Source of the DNA: Chiloscyllium plagiosum | Taxonomy: Eukaryota | Length of the DNA: 64,000 nt | NCBI RefSeq assembly: GCF_004010195.1 | Contig: NC_057749.1 | Span: 20,506,095-20,570,094, forward strand | Direction: 5' to 3' | Shown here: piece after piece, positions 47,393 to 61,239 of the stretch | Layout of the letters: each line of letters begins with the position of its first letter | How positions within the stretch are numbered: the first letter of the stretch is position 1 | The notes under the pieces: model-generated | The model's database searches: none | The model's input: only the letters and a program-made list of their open reading frames with translations | What the model was told of the DNA's origin: nothing | Translations under genes and position numbers: made by a program

Positions 47393-48999
47393 CAAATGAT
47401 CAGTGCAACAAACAAAAACCCCTCAGACTAATCGGAGTTATCAATTTGCCTCTGTTCTAGAACAATGCTCTAATTATAGTATACTCTTGATTTTGCTGCA
47501 AAGGTGGCTCTGAATAAAGTTCAAACTATTGAATAATTCCAATTAAGTAGCATAAATAACAGTCTTATTTTAGATATAAAGTTTGTTTCCAATGTTAGCT
47601 GTGACAACAGACAGCTAATGGACAGTCAAAGATTAGCTGGCACCTTGTTCAGAGTTAGATATTCCTGAGGATTATGACCATTGTAACCACACAAGAGTAA
47701 TTTAAGTCACATCTAAACATTACAACAATAACTAGGTCGTGAATATATAGATTGACCTTGTGTGAAAACTTGTGGTCCTTCCTACCTACTGGCACACATG
47801 ACAGACTCTGGAAGTTTACATGGCCTTCGACATTTGCTCAAACCAGTCCTTGTTTGGGAACCATTTAGCCACCAGCCAGTGACAAAGGGGCCTATTAATA
47901 AGCATCTTCAGCCATGACAGGTAACACTGTCTCTTTTAATCCACCATTGATTGCCATGTTTGTGTTGCAACATACTCTTCAGCTGTCAGAATTTTAACAA
48001 ATCGCACGCAACCGAACTTATGAAACTAAGGGAATGTTAACAAACTGAACGACTAACAGTCCTGTTCATTTAATTTTGAAAAAACACCTTTACAACAACT
48101 TATATTTTTAAGAGTGCCTTTAGATGTAATGCAAACGGTCCAAAGTACTTCATAGAAGCATAAACAAAACTACAGTGAACCAAATCTTAACATAGCACAG
48201 ATGGTCAAAGGCTTGGTCAAAAAGATGATTTTTAAATAGTAAAGGAGGAAAGTGAGACGTGACAGGGAGGTTTAGGGAAGATAATTTAAGAGTTAGGGGC
48301 CAAAGTAGCTGAAAGCACAGCCATCAACAGTGGAACAATTAAAATTAGGGATATTGGAGGCTGAACTACAGGACTATATTTTGAGAACTACTGGCATGCA
48401 AGAGATTCCAGACATTGGCCAGGATGCTGGGACACCCGTTGGAATACCGTCATGGGATATGTTATGTTCACCTAAAAAGGGTTGAACTTTAACATCTCAT
48501 TCGAAAGACGACAGCTTAAACAACACTCCTGTAATACTATAGTGAGGTGTCAGTCTTGACTTTTGCGTACATATCTTGGAGTGAGGCCAACAGCAGAAAA
48601 TGCTTGAATTATTTGGCAGGGAAGGCTGTGGAAATATAAACACAGATCATTGACCCAAACATCACCTGGGGCTGCTCTGAGCCTATGCCCAAGCCTTCAA
48701 ATAACAGGAAATTAAAGGACAATTCATTATTTACACTGAATAACCCACTATAAGGATTTGGTAAACAGTGGTAGCAAGATATTGGAACACCTTCATTACA
48801 ACTGACTTCTGGATGCAAAATAATTAACTCAAAACCTCAGATGGGTCTTGTGAGACCATGAGGTTAACCTATCCATCCTCATACGTTTGCAGCCTTTGAC
48901 AACTGATTGCACAAGCTTAAAGCTGGTTACACAGTTCCACCACAATCCTCCTACTGACTGGGTCAACATTCATCTGACTACTTTGACCATCTGACTGCA

Positions 49000-49620
49000 G
49001 CCAGAGAACTGCATTAATTGCTTCACGCCCCATTTATGTATTTGCCTTTGATGTCTCCCAAGGATTTATCTTTGGATGTCCATTGTTCATCCTCTTGGAA
49101 ACGTCAAAACACAATTTCCCCATCACAAGCTGACAACACTCAGTTCTGCTTCACCAGCACCTCTTTTGACTTGTCTGCTGTCTACAAGGTGTCAGACTGT
49201 TTATTTGACATTCAGCCATGGACGAGCAGAAATTTCCTACAATTAAATATCAATCTTTAATCCACGTCACAAACCTCAGCATTAACTCCATCCCTCTCGC
49301 TGCCATGCAAACTCAAGCTCAATTGAAGTGTTCACAATCTGTGGTGTTCTCGACTTTGGTGGAAACACCATGCCACAGAGTAACACGATCACCGAAACTG
49401 CAATTTCCCCACCTCTAGCAGCACCCATTCCTGTCCATCTCAGCCCATCTGCCGCTGAACCCCTCATCCATGCTTTGCTCAAACTAAAAACCCTCCCTTA
49501 TTCTACCCTCTGTAAACCTGAGGTAATTCAAAACCCCTGTGCTCACTGATCCACACTGGCTCAGAATTAAATAATTTCTTGACTCCAAAATTCTAAAACT
49601 TATTTTCAAGCAGCCCTCAG
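49000..49620 (+). mobile_element. L2-like LINE RT remnant
   Basis: Degenerate text ...PQG...ADNTQ...VSDCLFDIQPW...NFLQLN typical of L2 RT. Confidence 0.55.
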
Positions 49621-51140
49621 GATTCTCCTATCCAATCAGCAAAAGAAATGTTGCCTAGAATTCACCAATGGCTATTTGAGAAAGTTTGACAAATGAAGAT
49701 TACTGTACTGGACATAATTTAAAATAGCTAGAGATTAAAAAAAACTGTTCTTTTTCACTGAGGTTCAAGGAGGGCAGGAGTCTGATTGCCTACAGGAAGT
49801 GGGCAAGGCAACAACAGGTATATGGAAATTCATGGGGGTTTTTTCCAAGATAATTTGTTTCAATGTAAAGTTGAGTTGTACATCTTCAAGGTGTTAGCAC
49901 TGTCACAACTATCAGTAACATGTACAATAGTGTCGATAGATTATAAACATCCTCTCAAGTATTTGCCTTCAGAAGCTACCCTCTACTACACTCTGGGAAT
50001 TTTCCATTTGGCTAAATTTGAATTGTGATCATGAAGCAGCTAAATGCTCTCACCCACTGATTTCAGACGAGCCTTTATTCGAGCACCCACTCTGCCTGCT
50101 TGGGTAGATGTAACAGATTCCAAGGCATCATTCAAAGAGGAATGGAGGAGTTATCCCTGATCTTTTGGTCAGTGGGCAGCATCAGGAGGTCTGATATTCA
50201 CACTACAAAAAAAAAGGCACTATTCCGAAGTTGTGAAATGAGTAGCTATTCCTTTTAAATTAAAAGGCTACATGCCATTTCCTCACCATGAGATATGTAG
50301 AGGGGTCACATGGATCTTTGCCTTGTTATTTGTTATATAACATAATTCCAATCTCTGTCTTGCCTTGGGGTGCACCCACTATTTACTTGATTTATAAAAG
50401 CCTAAGCTGCTACACAATTTCTCCATCTGAACTATCAGCCAGTCTTTCTTTCTACAAAACAGACTTGACTTATGCCACATAAAATTAGAAACATTTGCCC
50501 ATGTTCTGCCGGTGGACATCATCTTAAATCTTCAGAAAAAGTACAAAGGATTGCTGAGAAAATGCCATGTTGGGGAACTTTTCATCTCACACAAATCTTG
50601 AAGGAACAGAGAAGCTTGAAGAAAGGAAGAGGGGTGCAGGTCTAAATGTAGACATTCGTAGATGGAAGAAGCATGCAAACACATTGTGCCAGTTTCAACT
50701 AAATAAACCAGGTAACATACATTCTCTGGTTCATTCCTTAGGACAATGCCTCAAATAATCAGTCAACCTCCCAGAGTTAAATTTAAACAGAAAATGGCAA
50801 TTAACTGTCAGTCATCCTCCAACTGCATCCTTGATGACAACACACTTACAAGAGTTCACATGCCAATCAATCAATATACTGTTCTCATAGTATATTTCCT
50901 CTTAACACTGACATTCTTGAGAATTGTCCTGATGAGTGCAACAAACCTTTTTTCACCAATACTCAGTTCTGTACTTTCAAATGATTTATAAGCACAAAAG
51001 GTATTTTTTTTCTTTTATTCTGAGGTCTGTAAAATAAATGGTGGTATATCGATTCACATTTCTTCTTGCATTGGATGAAGTCTCAGTGCTGCAGGACACC
51101 TATCAACACAAGCAGACCACAAAATAAATCTGAAACTCAC

Positions 51141-51260
51141 CCACGCGCACGTCCCACTACATCTTTCTTCTCTAGCCAGTGTTGTCCCTGTTTGTACAAG
51201 CCTCGGTCATCAACAGAATTGTTGTCACCTTTCGTCAGAAATTTGATGTCTCCATTTTCC
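51141..51260 (-). CDS. SEC11A: SEC11A exon 4
   Basis: ttag|(K)[39 protein letters not shown](G)|gtgag; 120 nt. Confidence 0.97.
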
Positions 51261-51879
51261 CTAATACAACAGTACATATAAGTTTTGTCACATGATTTTC
51301 ACAATCTGCAAATTAAAAAAAAACTAGGAGGTGTGTGATGTATGAAACAGAACTTTTTAAATCAGTAGATTGGGCTAAAGAGCTTACATTTTTAATGGGA
51401 TGACTAATGTTCCAACGCACTTTACAAGGGCGTTATCAAACAAACTCTGCTACCAAACCACAGAAGAGATTTTGGCTCAGGGTCAGTTTTACTGACGTCT
51501 TAAAGGAGCATGGAGAAATAGAAAGGCAGTGAGATTCAGGAAAAGAATTCCAGAGTTAGGGCCACAGCAGCTGAAGCATGGTTGCCCATGGTAAGGCGAT
51601 GGAAATCAGTGACTTGCAAGAGTTGGAGGCCCGCAGTAATCAAAGCTGTATAGGACTTCATGGAGGTCATAAAAATAGAAAAGGTATTTAAAAAAGACAC
51701 AAGTGATGCTTTATGAAAAACTTAAAATTTTTGTTTCAAATTAGCACATCAAGTAACAAAGAAGCATGTAAACTAAAATGGCAAAAAATCTAGTCGAAGG
51801 ACTTTAGCTAAAGAGACTCCAATAGAAAATTGGAACAGTATAGATAAAAAGATATTGCCACAATACATAAACTCTCAAA

Positions 51880-53960
51880 CAGAAAGCTTGAGAAACAGCA
51901 ACTATGGACAGAGAAAGAGTTAAACTTTGAGTCCATAATGACTCTTCTTCAGAACTGAAAGGTGTTGGAATTTTTTTTTTATACATTTGACAGAGGCAAA
52001 GGTGGAGCAAGGGGACAGATGGTGTCAAGGCCCACTGCAAAAGATAAAGGTTTTGTTAATTATGGTGAAAGAGAAATAGTTGTATATTAAGATGGGAAGG
52101 GACAGAATAGGTTCTCTTCACTAACAGCAAAGTAAAGATGATACTATCCCCTCCATTGCCTTGTTTGTAAGTAAAATGGAGAATAGACATCTGCAATCAG
52201 TTGCTGAAGTTATAGAATTGAACAGTTACCTCAAGGCTGGAAAGTGCAAGTGGTGACTGAGATGTTATTCCTGGAGCTTGAATTGTGCTTTGTTGGAACA
52301 CTGCAGCAAGCCCAGGACAGAAATGTTAGCATGCGAGTAAGGTGGTTTACTGAAATGGGAAGCAATTGGGAGGTCTGGGTCATTTCCTACAGATGTAGCA
52401 GAGATAGACTCTAAAATGTCAGATAGTCTGCCTTTGGTCTTGAAAGAAACAAAACATGGCTTCACTTGGAAGATGTGTACGTGGCCTTGGACAGTGAGGA
52501 GGAAAGTTGTACACCTTCTGAAACTGCATGGTCATGTATCATGGGGGAGTGAGGAAGTACTGGAGGAGTGGATCATGGGGAACTGCCCCTGTAGTATGCT
52601 GACAGTCCAGGAGACAGGATGATGTTTGGTAGGGACATGCTCCCGGAGGTGGTGGAAATGATGGAGGATGATCTTTTTAATGCAGGGACTAGTAGATGGA
52701 GTGGAAGGAGAATGGAAATCCTATTGTTGTTCTGGGAATGGCAGGGGAAGAGTAGGGGCCCTGTCAACTACAATGGGTGGGGAATACTTAGCTGAGGAGA
52801 AAGGCAATGTTACAGACAACCTGGTGAAAAGTGGCATTAGAACAGAGGAACCTAGAGGTACAGGTACATAATTCTTCAAAGTTTGCATCAAATATAGACA
52901 GGGTGGTTAAAATGCTATTTGGCACACTTGCCTTCATTACTCAGGAAGAGTATAGGAGTTGGGAAGTCATGTTGAGGTTGTACAGGACATTGGTGAGGCA
53001 TCTTCTGGGATACTGTGTCCAATTCTGGGTAGCCCTGTTATAGGAAGGATATTAAGCTGGAGAGGGTTCAGAAGAGATTGACCAGGCTGTTGCTTTTATA
53101 GGAAGTTTGAGTTATAAAGAAAGGCTGGGACTTTTTTTTCCACTGGAGCATAGGGGTTCGAGAGATGACCTGATAGAAGTTTATAAACAAATGAGAGGTA
53201 TAGATAGAGTTAACGATAGTTGTCTTTTACCTAGGATGGGGGATTTCAAGAAGGGGGGCATATTTTTAAGTTGAGAGGAGAGAGATTAAAATAAAAACAC
53301 ACGAGGTGCATTTTTTTTTAAACAGAGTGTGGTTTGTGTGTGGAATGAAATTTGAGGAAGTGGAGGATGTGGGTTCAATTACAACATTTAAAAGACATTT
53401 GGATAAGTACACAAATAGGAAAAGGTTTGGAGGGATATGGGGCAGGAGCAGGCAGACGAGACTAGTTTAGTTTGGGATTATGTTCTGCATGGATTGGTTG
53501 GACTGAAGGGTCTAGTTCCGTGCTGTATGACTCTGTGTGACAGTGACCAAGAAACTGGGAGAATGAAATTCCTGAAGAAGGGCTTATACCCGAAACGTCG
53601 ATCTTCCTTCTCCTTTGATGCTGCCTGACCTGCTGCGCTTTTCCAGCAACATATTTTTAAGCTCTGATCCCCAGCATCTGCAGTCCTCACTTTCTCCTAG
53701 AATGAAATGGAAGCCTTGCAGGAAGCAGGATGTGAGGTGGTGTAGCTGAGGTACCTGTGAGGGGTGTGGACTTGGGTGGATATTAGTTGGCAGCCTACTC
53801 TCAGAAATGGAAACAATGAAGTCAAGAAAGGGAAGAGTCAGAGGTGGACCAGGTGAAGAGGAGAGAAGAATGGAAATTGGAAGCAAAACTGATGAAATCT
53901 TTCTAATTCTGGACATGAACAGGAAGCAGCATTAAAGACAATGTATTAGAGAAAGTAGGA
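51880..53960 (-). mobile_element. Old Penelope-like element, interrupted by a CR1 (52840-53540, +) and a young family A terminus (53568-53699, +)
   Basis: LPFLDFIVSISESRLPTNIH (PLE RT) at ~53780-53850; GIY-YIG tail (PIASHF...ISVLGL) at 52265-52465; CR1 motifs and tail in between. Confidence 0.7.
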
Positions 53961-54183
53961 AGAGAAAGGGGTAAAGATCTCCAATCAGTTATCATGCCCA
54001 TGAACATTATACAGGAAAACTCCTTTGGAATGGGCAGGAAGGATAACTAACTTACCCACAGTTAAACTACCCTGCTCTGCAATGCACTAAGCAGTCTAGA
54101 GGTGGTAGCTCAAGTAAAGCAATACTTTAAACAATGACATTCCTGTTTACAAGCCATCAGATTCCTGCTATAGAAACACGTAC

Positions 54184-54333
54184 TTCTCGTGAATTTTCAG
54201 CACTCTGTGTACTATTGGAATTTCTCGTCCTTCAATTCTGAAAACCACAATCTCGCCAACTCGGATGGGATCTTCTATGCGGTTGGTCAGGAACAGAAGG
54301 TCACCTCTGTGGAAGGCAGGTTCCATACTCCCA
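54184..54333 (-). CDS. SEC11A: SEC11A exon 3 (catalytic Ser in GSM, His in VHRV)
   Basis: ttcag|(S)[49 protein letters not shown](K)|gtacg; 150 nt. Confidence 0.97.
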
Positions 54334-54510
54334 CTGAAATGAGAGAGATAATGTCAGATTATCAGTTGGTGCTTTTCAGCTGAGAAAGGCAAGGGACATT
54401 TCACAGAATACAGAGATGAAATCAAAGTTTCAAAGACTGCTTTCAACCCACATTACAAGGGAACACCCATCACATCAGTATTAGCTTGGCTTTGGTGCAT
54501 TGTCAGATTA

Positions 54511-54679
54511 ATCGACGTTTCGGGCATAAGCCCTTCTTCAGGAATGGCTTATGCCTGAAGAAGGGCTTATGCCCGAAACGTCGATTCTCCTGTTCCCTGG
54601 ATGCTGCCTGACCTGCTGCGCTTTTCCAGCAACACATTTCCAGCTCTGATCTCCAGCATCTGCAGACCTCACTTTCTCC
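54511..54679. mobile_element. 169-bp PLE family A insertion with two back-to-back hammerhead cores and a 15-bp TSD
   Basis: TSD TGCATTGTCAGATTA at 54496-54510 and 54680-54694; cores on minus (54545-54510) and plus (54555-54586). Confidence 0.9.
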
Positions 54680-55204
54680 TGCATTGTCAGATTAGTATGT
54701 TAATTCCTCGAATGGATCATCACTAACTCTCACACTTAATAAATGTCAGTGGATTACAATGAGCAAAACCACTGGCCCAGAATCCATTTGCCAGTCTGTT
54801 GTCAAATAATACTGTAGAATCATAATGAGTTAATTAGGATTGGTGGTTTATTCAAAGATGACGGTTTCTACAATGCTGACCACTTAGCATAAATTATACA
54901 TTAGTCACTCAAACGGCTTGCACATTGAGTCAAACATATTTAATAACTGAAAATGCTGGAGAAACAGCAGGTTAGAAAACAGTTGGCTGCCTATTATACT
55001 GAATACTACCTGCATTTTGCGTTACTATTTATTCTATGCTTATTTGGGTTCATTATACCCCTCTATAAGCGGAGATCAGATACACGCACCTGGCTTATTA
55101 GCACCACCAACTGACCCAGAGACTTCAGTCCCTATGCTTTAGGACATTATTAAACATTATTCTGCTGTTTTCATCCTGACAAGGATCTACACACTCAACA
55201 ACTT

Positions 55205-55793
55205 CCCTTGCCACTACAAGAGGTGCAAAACCTGCACCCACATCAGAGGACCCAAAGGATCCTTTCACATTCGGCAAAGATGTTCTGCACATCATCCAAA
55301 CACCTCATCTACTGTGTCCGTTGCTCTCAATGTTGTCTCCTCTACACTGGGGAGACAGGGAACATCTCTGGGATACACACACCAAACAACCCTCCTGCCC
55401 TGTGGCGGACTAGTTCAACTCCCCCTCCCACTCCACCAAGGACACGCAAGTCCTAGGCTGCCTCCACCAGCAAATTCTAGCCACCCAATACCTGGAGGAA
55501 GAACATCTCATCTTCTGCCTTAGGACCACATGGCATCAATGTCGATTTCACCAGTTTCCTCATTTCCACCACACCTCCCCTCACCTCACCTCAACCCAGA
55601 TCCAATCCTCCAACTCTGCACTGCTGCTTTGAACTGTCCCACCTGCCCACCTTCCTTCCCATGTACCCACTCCACCCTCTGCTCCCAAAACGTCGACTCT
55701 CCTGCTCCTCTGATAATGCCTGACCTGCTGTGCTTTTCCAGTGCCACCCTTTTCGACTCTGATCTCCAGCATCTGCAGTCCTCACACTCTCCT
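55205..55793 (+). mobile_element. PLE family A GIY-YIG plus 3' terminus remnant
   Basis: FCTSSKHLIYCVRCSQCCLLYTGETG, followed by the family A terminus. Confidence 0.85.
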
Positions 55794-56159
55794 ACATTAC
55801 AGAGGGTAAACCTACATATTTTAAGTTAAACAGTACTTAACTGCAACCTGAAATTATTCACAAAACTGGAAGAACTCCAAGAACACTCTCTATAACTACT
55901 AACCTGGGGAGAAAAGGACACAGGTTTCAAAATTGTAGTTCCACACTGAATAACGGTGCAATATAGTGATTTTTCCAGGAAAGAGATAATTTACTATTAA
56001 TTTCCTGGCAAATTATCAAGGGAAATGATATATATCTACTGTGTTAAGACATCACTGTAGGGAATAAATGTGACAGTTCATTACTTCCAGGTTTATACAG
56101 CCATTGTCAATTTACAATTTAATTTGTAGATTCTGTTTTGTAGATACATTAAGTAGTCT

Positions 56160-56362
56160 GATTTGAAGGTGCCGGTGTTGGACTGGGTTGGACAAAGTTA
56201 AAAATCACAACACCAGGTTATACTCCAGCAAGTTTATTTGGAAGCACTAGCTTTCGGAGTGCTGCTCCTCCACAACCACCTGATGAAGGAGCAGCGCTCT
56301 GAAAGGTAGTGTTTCCAAATAAACCTGCTGGACTATAACCTGGTGTTGTGCGATTTTTAACT
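56160..56362. mobile_element. Fold-back palindrome of the PLE family B terminus
   Basis: Arms AGTTAAAAATC...GGAAGCACTAGCTTTCGGAGTGCTGCTCCT / CACCTGATGAAGGAGCAGCGCTCTGAAAG...GATTTTTAACT. Confidence 0.85.
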
Positions 56363-56447
56363 AAGTCGGCTGAGACATTCAGTATTGACAATCATTGTAC
56401 TGCAACAGTTACTGCTGCATACGTACTGCATTTAAAATAAAGTAGCA

Positions 56448-56672
56448 GAAAATGAGGACTGCAGATGCTGGAGATCAGTCACAAAGCGTGGTGCTGGAAA
56501 AGTACAGCCGGTCAGGCAGCATCTGAGGAGCAGGACAGTCGACGTTTCGAGCATAAGCTCTTCATCAGGAATGTCTTCATTCCTGATGAAGAGCTTATGC
56601 TTGAAACGTCAACTCTCCTGCTCCTCGGATGCTGCCTGACCGGCTGTGCTTTTCCAGGGACGCTGTTTGACT
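56448..56672. mobile_element. Fold-back palindrome of the PLE family A terminus with two hammerhead cores (56538-56573 minus, 56578-56613 plus)
   Basis: Stem II variant GAGC-ttat-GCTC; imperfect TSD TTTAAAATAAAGTAG. Confidence 0.85.
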
Positions 56673-57400
56673 TTAAAATAAAAGTAGTAGAGCCTCAGCC
56701 GAGAAGGGAAAGGAACTCGTGTTTATACGTCACCATATCACCTCTGAGCTTTGCAACTAACATTTTGAATTACAGGCGGTAACTTAATAACAGAATTCCA
56801 CGAATTATGTAACATCTCAAGCAGAAGATGCCAGAACATTGATGAAAGCATCGAAAAATGTCGAAACGATCTGCCCACAGTGAGGTTTACAACCACAACT
56901 TTCTGACCCGAGGGCACTATCGATCAAGCCAAGATGGAACAGGAGTTGAAGCACATCGAGATATGAACAGACTGTCTGCAAACATGGACTTTTTTTTTAA
57001 AAAAAAAGGAACACTTCACTCTTGGTTGTTAAAACACAGCAATGTCTCACAGCCTATAGATCAATGAGATATCACAGTATCTTCCAGCTTAGTGGGCAGC
57101 CAGTCAATTGGCAGTGACGACCTTTTGGAAGCTGTTCAACTGAACCCCTCTCTATCTGAAAAACAATAGTACTAGATTTCTATTCATAATCGATGCCTGA
57201 ATTTTTATATCTGTCCTCCTGTAACCTAACAGAATCTGTTGATCATCAAGAATGCAGAAGTCAGGCTGGATTCTGTAGGCATGTTACAGCGGTGAGTGCA
57301 TGTTGAGGAAGGATGTCCAGACTATCCCTTTTGACAGATTTGGAGATCTGAAGAATCATTTACAATTCAAACATGAAAGGAAGAACAGATGTTCACTTAC

Positions 57401-57510
57401 CTGAGCACAACTACAATTGGACTTTCACTCCCAGTCAGAACCATCAATCCTTTCCAGATCATCAGTGCAGAAGACACAATCATACCAAAATTCAAGACCT
57501 GATAGTATAA
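57401..57510 (-). CDS. SEC11A: SEC11A exon 2
   Basis: ccag|[36 protein letters not shown](S)|gtaag; 110 nt. Confidence 0.97.
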
Positions 57511-59003
57511 CTGGAACAAGAATCATTTAATTAGGCAACCCAATATTTCTTGTAAAGATCATTCACATTTCACCATAGTTATAATAAGGCAAACAGGGAG
57601 AGCAAAATCTCAGCTGCAATGGGAACATCAAACTCACCGAATTTTCAAACTTAACACACCTGGAAAAGCTGCCTTTGTCACTAACCACATCCTTCCAAGA
57701 GAAAGACGACTATGACACAGTGGAAACTTGAAAGGGTACAGCACCAATAGTTAGTGCACGACTAATTTTGAAGAGCAGAGATAAAAATAATGAGAACTAA
57801 AAAAACCCAAATTAATTATGGTCAAATTAGATTTACATAATAATCAGAAAAAACTTAAAACCCATGATAATTGTTCGTTAAAAGTTAGACATGTAATTGA
57901 ATGTTAAATTTCAAAGCACAGTCTCTAAGACTTTGCCCAAAGGCACATTAACTGTAGGCAGAGCTGGTCTTGGACTCCTCCAAAGTCAAACTCCATTGCG
58001 CAGCAAGGTAGTACAGGACAGCAATTCAGTAATGACACATTTCTTAGTTTCTCCCAAGGTTTCACTTTCTATTGAGAATATTGAATTTTTCAAAGTAAAT
58101 GATCAATAACTTACTGAAATAGAATCACATCACATGGTATATTAACTGGTGTTCACACATATCACTGCTTCCAAATCATCTTTAATTTAAAACAATTTAC
58201 TACACGTGTCACCTGGACAGTGTTAAATCATATGATTGATACAATACTCTGTTGGGGGTGGGGGGGAGAACACAAGCTTTAGTAGGCTGGTTCAAGTGCT
58301 ACTAAAGGGGAAATGCTCAGGAAGACTTGCCTATCAAAAACGTCAGAGTAGATGCAGGTCAGGATTCCCTTCTTATGGAAAACCTGTAGTAGCTCTGCCT
58401 TAGTTTGAAGCAGCAGAAACAAGCAAGGAAATTATGGATCACAGGGAGACACTACCTCCTGAGCTAGAAACAGAGCTAATTAATACAATGGAACCATGTC
58501 TCACTGAGCCAGCAAGCAGAGATGAAATTTGAAGAAACCCAGACAAAAACAGTCAAAAAATAAACTATGGCTAGATTTTCTGTGATCAAACCAACAGTAA
58601 CCCAGTGGTTCGAGAATGGCTGCAGAATTCTATGGTTATTTGCTCAGTAACAGATGAATGGCACACCACCCTGTAGGACACTGGGACCTGTGTGAACAGT
58701 GTAAGCAAGTGGACATTCCTTTAACCAGACTAAAGAAATATTAAGGAGCAGTGTAGAGCCTGCACCAGAGACTGCAGGAAAGAATCAGAATTCAACCTCA
58801 AATCAGATGGAGGGAGAAATGCAGGCTGTCCCTTTTCTCTTGGTTCAACAAAAACATTTTATTAAAGACACTTTCATCGATAATTAAAAGTTGAAATCAG
58901 ATTTCACACTGGTTAATGTTAATTCTCAGTCCCAGAGAGGTTGTTAGAGTAATTAAGACTGATAGTGCTGTTAAAAAGATTTTGGACTGAATGCTCTGAT
59001 GTA

Positions 59004-59223
59004 CAGTTTGTTCTGATATAACATGATAGTTCTGTTCCTGTGTAATCACGCGTTATAAGAAAATCAGGTGATAGCAGCACCATTTAAACTAATGGGAACC
59101 AAATTCATGTTATAGCCAAGACAGGTGAGGAAAGTTGGCATACTACAAATAACAGTCTAAATTCTTCAATTCTGTTATAGCCAATTCATGCAGAAGAAAC
59201 GAACGTTCTTACAGAACTGACTG
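59004..59223. mobile_element. Tc1/mariner (Tigger-like) MITE; related partial copy at ~63493-63660
   Basis: TA|CAGTTTGTTCTG...CAGAACTGACTG|TA: terminal inverted repeats with TA target duplication. Confidence 0.7.
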
Positions 59224-60567
59224 TAACTGATGCGGTGAGTTAAGTCCAACCATGATGCCAGGACAGGGATTTCACGCAATCTCATATTTGAACAGACAGT
59301 CAGAGAGAAGATGTGATTTTTGTGCAGCAAATGGGAACAAAAATCTTGGGACTAGATTTTTACATTCAATAGCAATTGCAGTCCAGTTTTGCATAAATAA
59401 TAAGATGGCTGGTAGCCTTACTAGTGTACATCAAAAACTGGCCTTGATATATAAAAGTCTAATTTAAGCTAGTAGGTGGGCTATCAGAAGGAAAATACTG
59501 ATAAAGCAGCTGGATTGTCGTAAAAATTAATCTGGTTCACTAATAACCTTCAGGAAAGGGAACCTGGCACTCTTAAGCAGCCTGGTTTGCACCTGACTTC
59601 TATCAACATAACGTGGTTGGATCAGAGCCCTGAACTGTGCACTAAATGAACTGCAACTCGAAGCAACTACAGACATAAACACTCTAACTTGGGACAGGCA
59701 AAACATGTGACCATTTCACCCTTACCAAAAAAAATTAAATTTTAAAATCAGCTGTCACTTGTACAAATACACATTTTGTTAAGCACTTGAATGATTCCTG
59801 GCTTCTTTTCAAAACCTGCACTCATACAGCTGCTAACAGAAAATTTCCCTTGATAATTCAGCCAGGCGGCACTCAAAATATTTTCACACTCAAACAAGGA
59901 ATTCAATACACAGATTTATTGTAGCAGCAGATATCATTCTCTCTACTTTAAACTACCCATGTACAACAATGCAATAGAACAATACAATTTGTGCAGGGAG
60001 ACATTTGTCTAGGGCCAGAAACAGTGGTCAGCAGGCAGGGGGAAATGAGAAGATCTTGCTGTGTTTCTGTGCACAGAAAGAATGCAATAACCAACACTGC
60101 TATAGATCAAAACCTATTTGTCCACTTAGTGATGGAGTCTGCACTGGTTGAAAACAATGGGCCAGAGAGCTGCGTTGCAGATCTCTAACTCTTATGAGTA
60201 TGACCTTTGTATTTAATATGCAGCATAGTGGTGAGGGTGACCAGTAATCCAGAAGTCCAGGGTAATGCTTTGGGGACTTGATTCAAAACCCCCACACCAG
60301 TTAGTAGAATGTGAATTTAGCTAATAAATCTGGAATTGAAAACTGAGCTCAATAATGGCAAATGAGAATTACTGTATTGTTGTAAAAACATCTGATTCAC
60401 AGATGCTCTCGAGAGAAGGAAATCTGACATCTCTACGTAATCTAGTCTACATGCAATTCCAGAGCAACATCATCATTGACTCATAACTGCCTTGTGAAAT
60501 GGCCAAGCAAGTCACCCAATTTGAGGGATACTGGAGCTAGGCAACAAACACAACTTGCCAGAAGTGA

Positions 60568-60771
60568 AGCGTGGTGCTGGAAAAGCACAGCCAGTCAGGC
60601 AGCATCTGAGGAGCAGGAAAATCGATGTTTCGAGCACAAGCAGTTTCTTGATGAAGGGCTTATGCCCAAAATGTTGATTCTCCTGCTCTTTGGACGCTTT
60701 TAACCGGCTGTGCTTTCCCAGCACCACTCTCTTCGACTCTGAACTCCAGTATCTGCAGTCCTCACTTTCTC
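60568..60771. mobile_element. Fold-back palindrome of the PLE family A terminus
   Basis: Inverted arms; TSD CTTGCCAGAAGTG (60555-60567) / CTTGCCAGAGGTG (60772-60784). Confidence 0.85.
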
Positions 60772-61239
60772 CTTGCCAGAGGTGCCTTCAACCAATGCAA
60801 AGAAAACTCTTAAAAACTCAGTTGATTTATGGTCAGATGAGAGCATCAGAACAATAACAGAACAAGTTCTCTCAGCATTGCATTTTGACAACTGAGAACC
60901 AAATGAGGAAGCCATCCACCCAAGTCAAGTCCACACTAGCGAAACTATGCTCAGAACTTGTAACAATTGACCTGCTGACATCACCTCCCTTGGTAGGAAT
61001 ACAAAGCTTATTCCAACTCTCAACCTACACTGAAGGACCAGATCAATCAAAACTCCAAAATATAAATCAAACATCCACCTATCCATTGTTAAGGCCACTC
61101 GAGGGTGCGATTTGTTAGGAGCAATTGCAATACAATATGTAGGACACCGAAAGTGTTGCATAAAGAGAGAGTTGGACCAAGGAACCAGAGTTTGGAGATT
61201 GGCAGCAAAGGCACTAAACACATGGTATTGAATCAGGAG

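Noticed and set aside
44100-51100. Possible intronic snoRNAs in SEC11A
   Set aside because: I could not identify a convincing C/D or H/ACA structure by eye; an Infernal/Rfam scan would be needed.
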